From positions 160,001-224,000 of the forward strand of contig CAVXWZ010000001.1 of the NCBI GenBank assembly GCA_963765575.1: a DNA stretch of 64,000 bases, read 5' to 3'. This DNA comes from an uncultured cyanobacterium. GTDB taxonomy: Bacteria > Cyanobacteriota > Cyanobacteriia > PCC-6307 > Cyanobiaceae. Each line of letters begins with the position of its first letter. The stretch's first letter is position 1. The position numbers and the translations under genes were made by a program. The notes beneath the pieces were generated by a model. That model did not search any database, was not told the origin of the DNA, and was given only the letters and a program-made list of their open reading frames with translations. Below, piece by piece: positions 38,449 through 47,641 of the stretch.

Positions 38449-39954
38449 ATGGGCTTCTTCATTCAGCTCACCGAGGCCTTGGCCGACCGCCAGTCATTGC
38501 TGGTGACCGGACTCGACCCCAACCCCGAGATGCTGCAGAGCTGGGCCGCCCGCCGCGGCATGGCCAACCGCTCCTTCCTGAGCCAGGCGCGGCACTGGAT
38601 CAAGGCGGTGATCGAGGCCACCGCGCCCCATGTCTGCGCCTACAAGCCCAGCCTCGGCTTCTACCAGGCCCTGGGCCCGGTGGGGCTGGAGCTGCTGCTG
38701 GAGGTGCGCGAGCTGGTGCCGCCCGAGCTGCCGCTGATCGTGGACACCAAGCACGGCGACCTCAACTCCTCCTCTGCCCTCGCCCACTACCTGTTCCGGG
38801 AGCTGGCCGCCGATGCGGTCACCCTCTCCCCCCTGCCCGGCCAGGACATCGCCGCCCCCTTCCTGCTCTATCCCGGCAAGGCGGTGGTGATGACCTGCCA
38901 CAGCTCCAACCAGACGGCGCGCATCATCCAGCACTTCCCCAATGAGGAGGATCCGCTGTTTCTGCGCATCGTGCGCGAAACCCTGCTCTGGGGCACCCAG
39001 GACCAGCTGCTGCTGGAGGTGGGCACCAGCGACCCGGCGATCCTGGCCCGCGTGCGCCAGGTGGCCCCCGAGCGCTTCATCATCCTGCGCAGCCTCTGGG
39101 GAGAGGAGGAGAAGCTCGAATCGATGCTCCAGGCCGGCCTCACCAGCGCCGGTGACGGGCTGCTGCTGCCCCTGCCCCAGAACCTGCTGGTGGAGGACGA
39201 CATGGCCGAGCGCGCCGCGGCGCTCAAGGACCAGATCAACGGCATCCGCGACCGCTGGCTGGAGCGCCAGCAGGGCGGCGGCAGCTGTGATCTCTGGTTG
39301 GCCGGCACCCCGGCTGCCGTGCCCGGGGGGCTGGGGGCGCCGGTACCCGAGCCCATGGATCAGCTGATCCTCGATCTCTTCGACATCGGCTGCCTGCTGT
39401 TCGGCGAGTACGTGCAGGCCTCCGGGGCGGTGTTCAACTACTACGTGGATCTGCGCCAGATCATCTCCGATCCCAACCTCTTCCACCGGGTGCTGCATGC
39501 CTATGCGGGCTGCATGGGGGAGCTGATCTTCGATCGCATCGCCGGCATTCCCTACGGCTCCCTGCCCACCGCCACCGGCCTCTCGCTGCTGCTGCACAAG
39601 CCGCTGATCTATCCCCGCAAGGAGGTGAAGGCCCACGGCGCCCGCCGGCTGATCGAGGGCGACTTCGAGGAGGGCGATCTGGCGGTGGTGGTGGACGACA
39701 TCCTGATCACCGGCGGCAGCGTGCTGGAGGGCATCGCCAAGCTGGAGAGTTCCGGCCTGGTGGTGCACGACGTGGTGGTGTTCCTCGACCACGGCGGTGA
39801 CCACGACCGCCACGCCCGTGAGCGCCTGGCGGCGGCGGGCTACCGCTGCCATGCCGTGCTCGAGATCGAGCGCATCACCCGGGTGCTGCATCGCGCCGGA
39901 CGGCTCAGCGATGCCCAGGCCGCCACGCTGCGGCCCGGCCTGCCGCTCGGCTAG
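38449..39954 (+). CDS. pyrFE: Bifunctional OMP decarboxylase / orotate phosphoribosyltransferase
   Basis: GLDP, YKPSLGFY, DTKHGD; C-terminal YYVDLR, RKEVKAHG, VVDDILITGGS. Confidence 0.93.
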   Translation: MGFFIQLTEALADRQSLLVTGLDPNPEMLQSWAARRGMANRSFLSQARHWIKAVIEATAPHVCAYKPSLGFYQALGPVGLELLLEVRELVPPELPLIVDTKHGDLNSSSALAHYLFRELAADAVTLSPLPGQDIAAPFLLYPGKAVVMTCHSSNQTARIIQHFPNEEDPLFLRIVRETLLWGTQDQLLLEVGTSDPAILARVRQVAPERFIILRSLWGEEEKLESMLQAGLTSAGDGLLLPLPQNLLVEDDMAERAAALKDQINGIRDRWLERQQGGGSCDLWLAGTPAAVPGGLGAPVPEPMDQLILDLFDIGCLLFGEYVQASGAVFNYYVDLRQIISDPNLFHRVLHAYAGCMGELIFDRIAGIPYGSLPTATGLSLLLHKPLIYPRKEVKAHGARRLIEGDFEEGDLAVVVDDILITGGSVLEGIAKLESSGLVVHDVVVFLDHGGDHDRHARERLAAAGYRCHAVLEIERITRVLHRAGRLSDAQAATLRPGLPLG

Positions 39955-39979
39955 AAACCCAGCATTCGCCGGCCACTGC

Positions 39980-42900
39980 GTGGAGCCCAGTTCGCGGGGG
40001 TCGATTTCCGACCCGTTCCTGCGCCGGCCGGTACTCACCGTGGTGGTGGCCCTGCTGGTGCTGCTGGCCGGTCTGGTGAGTCTGCCCGGGCTGCAGATCG
40101 AAAACCTGCCGGCGATCGCCCCGGGGCGCGTGTCGGTGAGTGCCAGCTATCCCGGTGCCAGCCCCGAGGTGGTGGAACAGGGGGTCACCTCCCTGCTGGA
40201 GAAGCAGCTCAACGGCCTCGACGGGCTCGACCAGATCCGCTCCACCAGCTCCGCCGGCAGCAGCAGCATCACCCTCAGCTTCGAGGGCGGTGATCCGGAG
40301 ATCAATCAGATCAACACCCAGAACGAGGCCGCCGTGGTGCAGCCACGGCTGCCGGGGCCGGTGTCGCGCTTCGGCGTGCGCGTGCGCCGCAGCTCCGACG
40401 ACCTGCTGATGGTGCTGAGCTTCAGCGCCGACCGCGACAGCTACGACGACATCTTTCTGAGCGGCTGGGTGGAACAGGTGGTGATCGACCGCCTCCAGCG
40501 CGTCTCCGGGGTGGGCGAAGCGCGCCTGTTCGGCGGCAGCCCCCTGGCCTTCCGGCTCTGGCTCGATCCTCGCCGCCTCGACCAGCTCGATCTCACCCTC
40601 GCCGACGTGCGCGACGCCCTGGAGGCCCAGAACGTGCTGGCGGCCCTGGGCCAGGTGGGCGAGGCCCCGGCCCCCGCCGACCAGATGCTGGCGCTGCCAC
40701 TGCGCATGGAGGGGCGGCTGCGCTCGGTCGCCGAGTTTGAGGGGCTACTGCTGGCCCGCGGGCCCGGCGGTGGTTTGGTGCGGCTCAAGGACGTGGGCCG
40801 CGTGACCCTGGGCAGCGAGGACTACGGCTCGATCGCCACCAACCTCGACGGCCGCACTGCCGTGGCGATGGGCATCTTCCAGCGCGATGGCAGCAACGCC
40901 CTGGAGGTGAGCCGCGGCATCAGCGAGGCCCTCGACGAGCTCGGCCCTCGCATTCCCCCGGGGGTGGACCTGCAGGTGATCATCGATGAGGCCGAGACGG
41001 TGCGCCAGAGCATCGATCGCACCCTGGCGGGGCTGCGCGATGCGGTGCTGCTGGTGTTCTTCGCCCTGCTGCTGGGGCTGGGCAACAGCCGCCTGGCCCT
41101 GATCTCCGCCCTGGCGGTGCCGGTGGCGCTGGTGGGTGCGCTCACCGTGCTGCGCCTCAGCGGCAGCTCGATCAACACCCTCACCCTGTTCGGCATGGTG
41201 CTGGCCACCGGCCTGGTGGTGGACGACGCCATCGTTGTCAGCGAGGACATCGGTCGCCGTCTGGAGCGGGGCCAGCCGCCCCTGGTGGCGGCGCGGGAGG
41301 CGATGGCGGAACTGGGTGGTGCCGTGATCGCCACCTCCCTGGTGCTGGTGGCGGTGTTCCTGCCCGTGCTCACCCTGCAGGGCAGCACCGGACGGCTCTA
41401 CGCGCCGATCGGCCTGACGATCGGCGCCACGATCCTCTTCTCCACCTTCAATGCGCTCACCTTCACGCCGGTGGCCGCCAGCCGGCTGCTGAGCAACGAA
41501 CAGCGGGAGCCCCGCTGGTTGCTGCGCCTGATCGATCCACCCCGCCGCGCCCTGGAGGCCCTCGAGGGGCCCTACGACCGCTGGCTCACCAGGGCGCTGG
41601 CCTGGCGCCGCCGGGTGGTGGCGGTGCTGCTGGTGGGTCTGCTGCTCACGGGCTGGGCCTACCAGCAGCGCCCCAAGGCCTTCATCCCCCAGGAGGACGG
41701 CAGCCAGCTGCGCGGGGTGGTGGTGCTGCCCGACGGCATGGCCCTGGCGCGCACCCAGGCGGTGATGGACCAGGTGCGGGAGCTGGTGCAGCAGGAGCCG
41801 GCGATCGTGACCGGCAACTTCTATGCCGGCCGCTCCTTCGGCGACAGCAGTCCCAGCAAGGGCATCTTCTTCCTGCGCTTGCAGCCGATCGGTGATCGGC
41901 CCGAGGGCGATCAGAGCCCGGCGGCCATCGCCGGCCGGCTGAACGCCCAGCTGGCCGGCGCCATCGATGACGCCCAGGTGGTGGTGATCGAGGCGCCCAC
42001 GGTGCGCGGCTTCGGCAGCGAGGGGGGCATCGAGTTTGATCTGCTCGACACCAGTGGCGGCCAGCTCAGCCTCAGTGAGTTCCAGCAGGCCGTGCAGGCC
42101 TTCATCGGCGCCGCCCAGGAGACCGGCGCCTTCGAGCGGGTGGGGACCCGCTTCAGCGCCGATGCCCCGCTGCTGCAGCTGGAGCCCGATCGGCTGCAGC
42201 TGGCGTCGCTCGGGGTGGAGCTCGATGAGGTGGTGGATGTGCTGGGGGCCAGCTTCGGCAGCGAGTATGTGAACGACAGCTTCGAAGGCGACCGCATCCG
42301 CCGCGTGATCGTGCAGCTCGAGGGGGCCGATCGTCGCGACACGGCGGATGTGCTGGCCCTGCGGGTGCGCAACCGTGACGGCCGCCTGATTCCCCTCTCC
42401 CAGCTGGTGCGGGTGCGCGAGGGTACCGGCCCCACCGTGATCAACCGCACCCGTCTGGTGCGCTCGATTGCGGTGCGGGCCCAGCCCCTGGCCGGCGTCA
42501 GCACCGGCCAGGCGATGGAGCGGCTGCAGCAGGTGCGCCGCGAGCTCGGCAGCCAGCTCACTGACCTGGAATGGACCGGTCTGGCGCGGGAGGAGGCCCG
42601 CTCCGGGGGCGCCAACGAGCGGGTGTTCCTGCTGGCGGTGGTGGTGATGGTGCTGGTGCTGGCCGCCCTCTACGAGAACTTCATCGATCCCATGATCATC
42701 CTGATCACCGTGCCGCTGGGGCTGCTGGGGGGGATCGCCGGGCTGGCGCTGCGCGATCTGCCGCTCGACGTCTATGGCCGCATGGGCCTGCTGGTGCTGG
42801 TGAGCCTGGCCGCCAAGAACGGCATCCTGATCGTGGAATTCGCCAACCAGCGCCTGGCCGCCGGCATGCCCCTGGAGCCGGCGATCCATGGCGCCGCCGT

Positions 42901-43120
42901 GGCCCGCCTGCGGCCGATCCTGCTCACGGCGATCTCGTCGCTGGCCGGCTTCCTGCCGCTGGTGTTCGCCAGCGGTGTGGGCGCGGTGAGCCGGCGCAGC
43001 ATCGGCACCGTGGTGTTCTCCGGCCTGTTGATGGCCACGGTGCTGAGCCTGTTCGTGGTGCCGGTGGTGTACCGGATCGTCAAGGGCTGGGAGCTGCGCT
43101 GGAAGGGCCGGCGCGGGTAG
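39980..43120 (+). CDS. RND efflux pump, AcrB/HAE1 family
   Basis: FLRRPV, SYPGASPE, GLVVDDAIVV.E, AKNGILIVEFA, RLRPILLT; GTG start uncertain. Confidence 0.94.
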   Translation: MEPSSRGSISDPFLRRPVLTVVVALLVLLAGLVSLPGLQIENLPAIAPGRVSVSASYPGASPEVVEQGVTSLLEKQLNGLDGLDQIRSTSSAGSSSITLSFEGGDPEINQINTQNEAAVVQPRLPGPVSRFGVRVRRSSDDLLMVLSFSADRDSYDDIFLSGWVEQVVIDRLQRVSGVGEARLFGGSPLAFRLWLDPRRLDQLDLTLADVRDALEAQNVLAALGQVGEAPAPADQMLALPLRMEGRLRSVAEFEGLLLARGPGGGLVRLKDVGRVTLGSEDYGSIATNLDGRTAVAMGIFQRDGSNALEVSRGISEALDELGPRIPPGVDLQVIIDEAETVRQSIDRTLAGLRDAVLLVFFALLLGLGNSRLALISALAVPVALVGALTVLRLSGSSINTLTLFGMVLATGLVVDDAIVVSEDIGRRLERGQPPLVAAREAMAELGGAVIATSLVLVAVFLPVLTLQGSTGRLYAPIGLTIGATILFSTFNALTFTPVAASRLLSNEQREPRWLLRLIDPPRRALEALEGPYDRWLTRALAWRRRVVAVLLVGLLLTGWAYQQRPKAFIPQEDGSQLRGVVVLPDGMALARTQAVMDQVRELVQQEPAIVTGNFYAGRSFGDSSPSKGIFFLRLQPIGDRPEGDQSPAAIAGRLNAQLAGAIDDAQVVVIEAPTVRGFGSEGGIEFDLLDTSGGQLSLSEFQQAVQAFIGAAQETGAFERVGTRFSADAPLLQLEPDRLQLASLGVELDEVVDVLGASFGSEYVNDSFEGDRIRRVIVQLEGADRRDTADVLALRVRNRDGRLIPLSQLVRVREGTGPTVINRTRLVRSIAVRAQPLAGVSTGQAMERLQQVRRELGSQLTDLEWTGLAREEARSGGANERVFLLAVVVMVLVLAALYENFIDPMIILITVPLGLLGGIAGLALRDLPLDVYGRMGLLVLVSLAAKNGILIVEFANQRLAAGMPLEPAIHGAAVARLRPILLTAISSLAGFLPLVFASGVGAVSRRSIGTVVFSGLLMATVLSLFVVPVVYRIVKGWELRWKGRRG

Positions 43121-43136
43121 GCCCTGCGCATCCGGC

Positions 43137-43370
43137 TCACTCCCAGCGGAGCTCGCCTGTGGTGATCTTTGCCACCACCAGCTCCTGGTAAACGCTCAGC
43201 TCCTGCGGGGTGATCTTTCCATCCGCCCAGGCCTGGGCCTTGAAGAGCTCCACCTCACCCCGGCTCAGCACGCCGTCGGCAATGGCCCGCTCCAGGGTGG
43301 CTCTGAGTTTGGCTAGGTCGTTCAGCTCTTCTTGGGTGGGTGGCTGGGTATTCGGGTGGTTGATGTCCAT
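43137..43370 (-). CDS. Small conserved-looking protein with duplicated ADG motif
   Basis: RAIADGVLSRGE and WADGKITPQE. Confidence 0.7.
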   Translation of the reverse strand: MDINHPNTQPPTQEELNDLAKLRATLERAIADGVLSRGEVELFKAQAWADGKITPQELSVYQELVVAKITTGELRWE

Positions 43371-43371
43371 T

Positions 43372-43407
43372 TTGAATCGGTTTAATCCGTTGAATTGGTT
43401 GAATCGG
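43372..43407. repeat. 4 x 9-bp imperfect tandem repeat
   Basis: TTGAATCGG TTTAATCCG TTGAATTGG TTGAATCGG. Confidence 0.8.
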
Positions 43408-43755
43408 CTCTCAGGGCCAATCGAGGTGTTTTGAACCATCGCCATTGTGCCGGGTGGCTCTATCTGTGCATCCAATTGTGCTCATTCTCTGCATCGCTTT
43501 GACGTCCGGGGCCAACTGATCGGACCTGCCCGCAACCGATGGCAGCGTTCCGCCCCGTGCGAGGGGATAGTGGGTTCCTCAGCCTTCCTGATTTCTGTTG
43601 GCATCGTCAATCGAGACGTCGGAGTTGGGGAGAATGGTCTTGCGTGTTGCCGATCAGCACAGTTACAACCGCGCGTGCAGATGCGCGTTTGCGAGTTGCA
43701 GCGGATCAGACGATCAGTCCCCAACTGCCACAACCATCAGCAGGTTGAAGGGTGT

Positions 43756-44721
43756 TCAGCCTGAGCCAAAGGCCACCTCGCACGCGGCATTGAGCAGCTG
43801 CGCTTCGGCTTGGCTCTGGGGAACCCGGCCGTCCAGGGTGCCCTGCCGGCAGTCGGCCGTCATCTCCACCACACCCGATCCGGTGTCCACGGCAAAGGTG
43901 ACTGCATCGTTGTTCACCGGCTCCACACTTGTGTAGTAGAGCTCGTAGCTGGTGTCCGGCACCTCGATGTACGTCACCTGATTGCTGATGGCGTCGTCCA
44001 CGGCGTCCGTGATGATCGCCGCCGAGGCCACGGCAGCAATGCCCACCCCGGGTCGCCACCACGGCCAGCTGCTGACGCCTCCGTACCACCCGTAATTCCA
44101 CGGGCGGGCATAGCCCCAGCCCGGCCGGGCCCAGCCCGACCAGGTGTTGTCCCAGCGGTTGTCGACACGGTCGCCGCGTACGTCCGTGCGGTCCGACACG
44201 CGGTCGCTGCGTTGGTCCTGGCGGTTCGTGCCGCGGTCGGTGCGGTTGTCCTGGCGGATGTCGGTGCGGTCGGTGCGCTCACCCTGGCGGCCGCTGCGCT
44301 GGTCGGTGCGTTGGCCCTGCCGGTTCCCGGCCTGGTCCTGGCGGCCCTGCTGGCGGGTCGTGGCGTTCTGGCTGCGCTGCGTTTGGCGTGTGCCGCTGGC
44401 GGCGGGCTTGCTGCCGTTGCTGAAGCCACCGGCTGGTTTGCTGCTGCCCCGGTAGGCACTGCCGCCGTTGCTGTAGCTGGCGAAACCGGTGCGGCCGCTG
44501 CCACTGGACCTGGAACCGCTGCTGCGGCCGTAGCTGCGGCCACCGCCGCTGCGGCCACCGCCGCTGCGGCCACCGCCGCCGCGGCCACGGGCAACCAGGG
44601 CTGGCTCCGGAGCCGCCGCTGGTTCGGCGGCTGGACTTCCTGAGGCCAGCAGGGGCAGGGGGGGCAGGGCCAGGGAAAGGCTGAGGGCAGCGAGGGTGCC
44701 CAGCCGGATTGGACGGTTCAT
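43756..44721 (-). CDS. Secreted low-complexity Gly/Arg/Ser-rich protein
   Basis: Signal peptide, (GGGRS)3 from a 15-bp repeat at 44533-44577, R-x-D/Q repeats, W/Y-rich segment, C-terminal domain with two Cys. Confidence 0.82.
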   Translation of the reverse strand: MNRPIRLGTLAALSLSLALPPLPLLASGSPAAEPAAAPEPALVARGRGGGGRSGGGRSGGGRSYGRSSGSRSSGSGRTGFASYSNGGSAYRGSSKPAGGFSNGSKPAASGTRQTQRSQNATTRQQGRQDQAGNRQGQRTDQRSGRQGERTDRTDIRQDNRTDRGTNRQDQRSDRVSDRTDVRGDRVDNRWDNTWSGWARPGWGYARPWNYGWYGGVSSWPWWRPGVGIAAVASAAIITDAVDDAISNQVTYIEVPDTSYELYYTSVEPVNNDAVTFAVDTGSGVVEMTADCRQGTLDGRVPQSQAEAQLLNAACEVAFGSG

Positions 44722-45218
44722 TGGTCCAGCGCCTCCTTCAGCCGGGTGCAGCCGTCGTCGAAGCAGGCGATCTCGGTGCGGCCGTTGCTGCCGAAGCTCA
44801 GGGCCATCCGGTCACGGCCCGCCAGGGCCGGCCCCCCTTCCTCCCGCACGCTGTTGAGGTAGTTGGGGTTGATCACGCAGAAGGCGCGGTTGTTGAAGCA
44901 GAGCTCGTTGGTGGAGAAGCGGATGGAGGCATTGCGCACCGGCCCCCAGGTGTCGGTGGTGGGGTTTAGGGCCTCGATCCGCACATAGGGCTCATCGAAC
45001 ACCCGGTACACGAGGGTGCGGTTACCCACCCGGTGCCGGTATTCGGTCGCCTCGCCCACATCCACGGCCTCCACGACGCAGGGCACGGGTGCCATGCGCT
45101 GGATGCTGCAGGTGGTGTTGAGGGAGTAGAGGGGCTGGGCGCCGGCCGCCCTGGGCAGGGCCACGGCGCCGAGCGAGACGGCGGAGCCGAGCAGCGCCAG
45201 CAAGCGGAGCGGAGTCAT
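44718..45218 (-). CDS. Secreted six-Cys hypothetical protein
   Basis: Signal peptide, three apparent Cys pairs; ATGA overlap with the downstream gene. Confidence 0.8.
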   Translation of the reverse strand: MTPLRLLALLGSAVSLGAVALPRAAGAQPLYSLNTTCSIQRMAPVPCVVEAVDVGEATEYRHRVGNRTLVYRVFDEPYVRIEALNPTTDTWGPVRNASIRFSTNELCFNNRAFCVINPNYLNSVREEGGPALAGRDRMALSFGSNGRTEIACFDDGCTRLKEALDQ

Positions 45219-45362
45219 GGCGTTGAGAAGAGACAACCTGGCGAAGCGTCATAGAGCCGCAGCTTCACTCTGTGCACCAACTGTGCACCGGCGCCGGTCC
45301 GCTCGCTGGACGGTCATCTTTCCTCACAGCCAGCCGTAGCGGCGGGCCTGGGCCCGCCGGCG

Positions 45363-46094
45363 TCAGTCGCCTCCCTTGCTGCCACCGCTCTCGTCGTCAT
45401 GGCTGTCACCCACCCTGAACCGCCCGATCAGCAGCCCCAGCACGATGGCCAGGTAGCTGTTGCCGGCAACCGCCAGGGCAATGCTCACCATCTGCGCCGC
45501 CGGCGTGACCGGCAGAATGTCGCCATAGCCGGTGGTGGTGAGGGAGACGAAGGCGAAGTAGTTCAGCTTCACGAAATCGAGCTTCCACACCGGCTCCAGA
45601 CCGTCGGGCCCGGCCGGGGTCAGGTCGACGCCTGTGAAACTGCCGGGTGCCACGGTTTCCACGGCCGCGCTCAGAAAGCCGCCGGAGAGGCCCAGCATCA
45701 GGTAGCCGGCCAGGGCGCCGCTCAGCACGGCCTGATCCACCCTGCGCTCCTCACCCAGCTGGCGGATCAGGCGCTGGGCGCTCCAGAGGCTGAACAGGGC
45801 CCAGAGCACCACCACCGGCACACCGGTGCCGCGCAGCTCCAACGGGGTGAGCAGCCAGAGCCCGCCGACGGCCAGGGTGGCGATGCCCGTGGCCCGGTAG
45901 AGCCGCCGGTGGACGGTGCCCCTGCGGCTCCGGTCGCCGCCTCCCCCCAGGGCCCTCAGCATCATCCCCCCCAGGGCCAGATAGCCGGGGGAGGCCAGCA
46001 GGTTCCAGGGATCGGGCAGGGTGAAGATGCCGAGCAGCGTCACGCAGCCGCCCAGCAGCAGTCGGTAGTGGTGCTGCCGCGAGCGGCTGGCCAT
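45363..46094 (-). CDS. Potassium channel family protein (ion_trans_2)
   Basis: YFAFVSLTTTGYGDILP pore motif, N-terminal TM helices. Confidence 0.88.
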   Translation of the reverse strand: MASRSRQHHYRLLLGGCVTLLGIFTLPDPWNLLASPGYLALGGMMLRALGGGGDRSRRGTVHRRLYRATGIATLAVGGLWLLTPLELRGTGVPVVVLWALFSLWSAQRLIRQLGEERRVDQAVLSGALAGYLMLGLSGGFLSAAVETVAPGSFTGVDLTPAGPDGLEPVWKLDFVKLNYFAFVSLTTTGYGDILPVTPAAQMVSIALAVAGNSYLAIVLGLLIGRFRVGDSHDDESGGSKGGD

Positions 46095-46099
46095 CGCCC

Positions 46100-46850
46100 T
46101 CAGGTCTCCAGCTGGCAGTTGACGCTGAACTCGAACGGCACAGCCGCCGCCGGCAGCGCGAGCAGATGGCTGACGCTGGCCGCAAGATCGTCGGGCTGGG
46201 TCATGGCCTCATGGGGCATGGCCGTGACGGCGGCGGCCATGGCGGTGTTCACCCAGCTGGGGCAGATGGCCGTCACGCGGATGCCGTCGTCCCAGCCCTC
46301 GTTGCGCATCGCCTGGCAGAGGGCCAGCAGGGCGAATTTGCTCACGGCGTAGGCGGCCAGCCGCCCCTTCACCCGCTTGCCGCTCATCGACACCAGCGTC
46401 AGCACCCGTCCGTCGCCACTGGCCGTCAGCTGGGGCCAGGCGGCCCGGCTCAGCCGCCAGGGGCCCATCAGGTTCACCTCCAGCACCCGGGCGATCTCCG
46501 CCTCCTCGCCGTCGGCGTACTGCAGGCCCACCCGCGAGAACACCCCGGCGCAGTGCACCACGGCATCGACGCCGCCCCAGCGCTCGCTGGTGGCCTGCAC
46601 CCAGGCTGCGCGGGCCCCGGGGATCGGTGTCGCCGGCGCTGGCCTCGTAGGGCTGGATCAGCAGCCGCTCCGCTGACTGGCTGGTGAGCCCCGTGGCGCC
46701 TGGCCCTGCGACCAGGGCGGCCGGGTCCCGCACCCCCGCGCTCACCCTGTGGCCATCGGCCAGCAGGCGCTCGGTGATGGCGCGGCCGATGCCGCGGCTG
46801 GCGCCGCTCACCATCACTGTGCGGGGGGCAGCGCCCATGGTGTCGCTCAT
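46100..46850 (-). pseudogene. SDR oxidoreductase with one frameshift (real or sequencing error)
   Basis: SGASRGIG N-terminus and HCAG/VNL/YAVSK C-terminus in different frames; shift within C/G runs at ~46612-46622. Confidence 0.85.
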
Positions 46851-47641
46851 GGCTGCGGGCATGGCGGCGGTGGGCTGGGGGTGTCGGCGCTGTGCCGATC
46901 TGGAGGCCTGACGATCTCGGATGGCCGGTAGCGATGCAGGGCATGGATCGGCCGCTCCAGGGTGGCATCCACGCCGCTGAAGCTCACCACCAGCTCGCCG
47001 TCCACCCAGGCCGGATCCAGGCGCTCGGCCCGCAGGGGGCTGCCGCCCTCGAGGGGATGGAGCAGACAGAGGTCGTCCAGCAGTGGCAGGCCGTCGGCGC
47101 TGAGCAGGGGCAGCGGCTGCAGCCGCCCGGCCTCCCGCGAGCACTGCCAGAAGGCCCGCACCCGCACATCGAAGATGGTGTTGTGGCGGCTGTTGTGCAG
47201 CCGGAGCACCAGGCAGTCGCGGCCATCCACGGATTCGATCACGGCCCGCGGCGCGAAGGCCACGCTGTGGGGCGTGCGGGCGAAACGGGAGAAGGCCAGG
47301 CCGGCGATCAGGGCCACCAGGATCAGGCCGCTGAGGGCCTCGATGGTGGTCACCACGTGCACCCAGAGGCTCTCGGGGTGGAGCGAGCCGTAGCCGATCG
47401 TGGCCATCGTCTCCACCGACAGGAAGAAGGCCTGCAGGGCCAGGGGGAGCGCCTCGCTGAGGCCGCCGATGCCGCCTGGATCCAGCAGGTAGAGGCCGGC
47501 GAAGAGCAGATGGATGAGCAGATACACGGCCGTGACCAGCGCCAGGAAGCGCCCCCAGCTGAGCTCGATCAGGAGCAGGTAGGGCTGCCGCCAGGTGGTG
47601 CCCCGCGGCGGCGGGGCCGGTGTGGAGGGCTGCGCACTCAT
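46847..47641 (-). CDS. Inward-rectifier K+ channel (KirBac-like)
   Basis: PYLLLIELSW slide helix, FFLSVETMATIGYG, AFSRFAR, cytoplasmic beta domain. Confidence 0.9.
   Translation of the reverse strand: MSAQPSTPAPPPRGTTWRQPYLLLIELSWGRFLALVTAVYLLIHLLFAGLYLLDPGGIGGLSEALPLALQAFFLSVETMATIGYGSLHPESLWVHVVTTIEALSGLILVALIAGLAFSRFARTPHSVAFAPRAVIESVDGRDCLVLRLHNSRHNTIFDVRVRAFWQCSREAGRLQPLPLLSADGLPLLDDLCLLHPLEGGSPLRAERLDPAWVDGELVVSFSGVDATLERPIHALHRYRPSEIVRPPDRHSADTPSPPPPCPQP

Noticed and set aside
44521..44590. 15-bp tandem repeat as a non-coding element
   Set aside because: Explained by the in-frame GGGRS protein repeat
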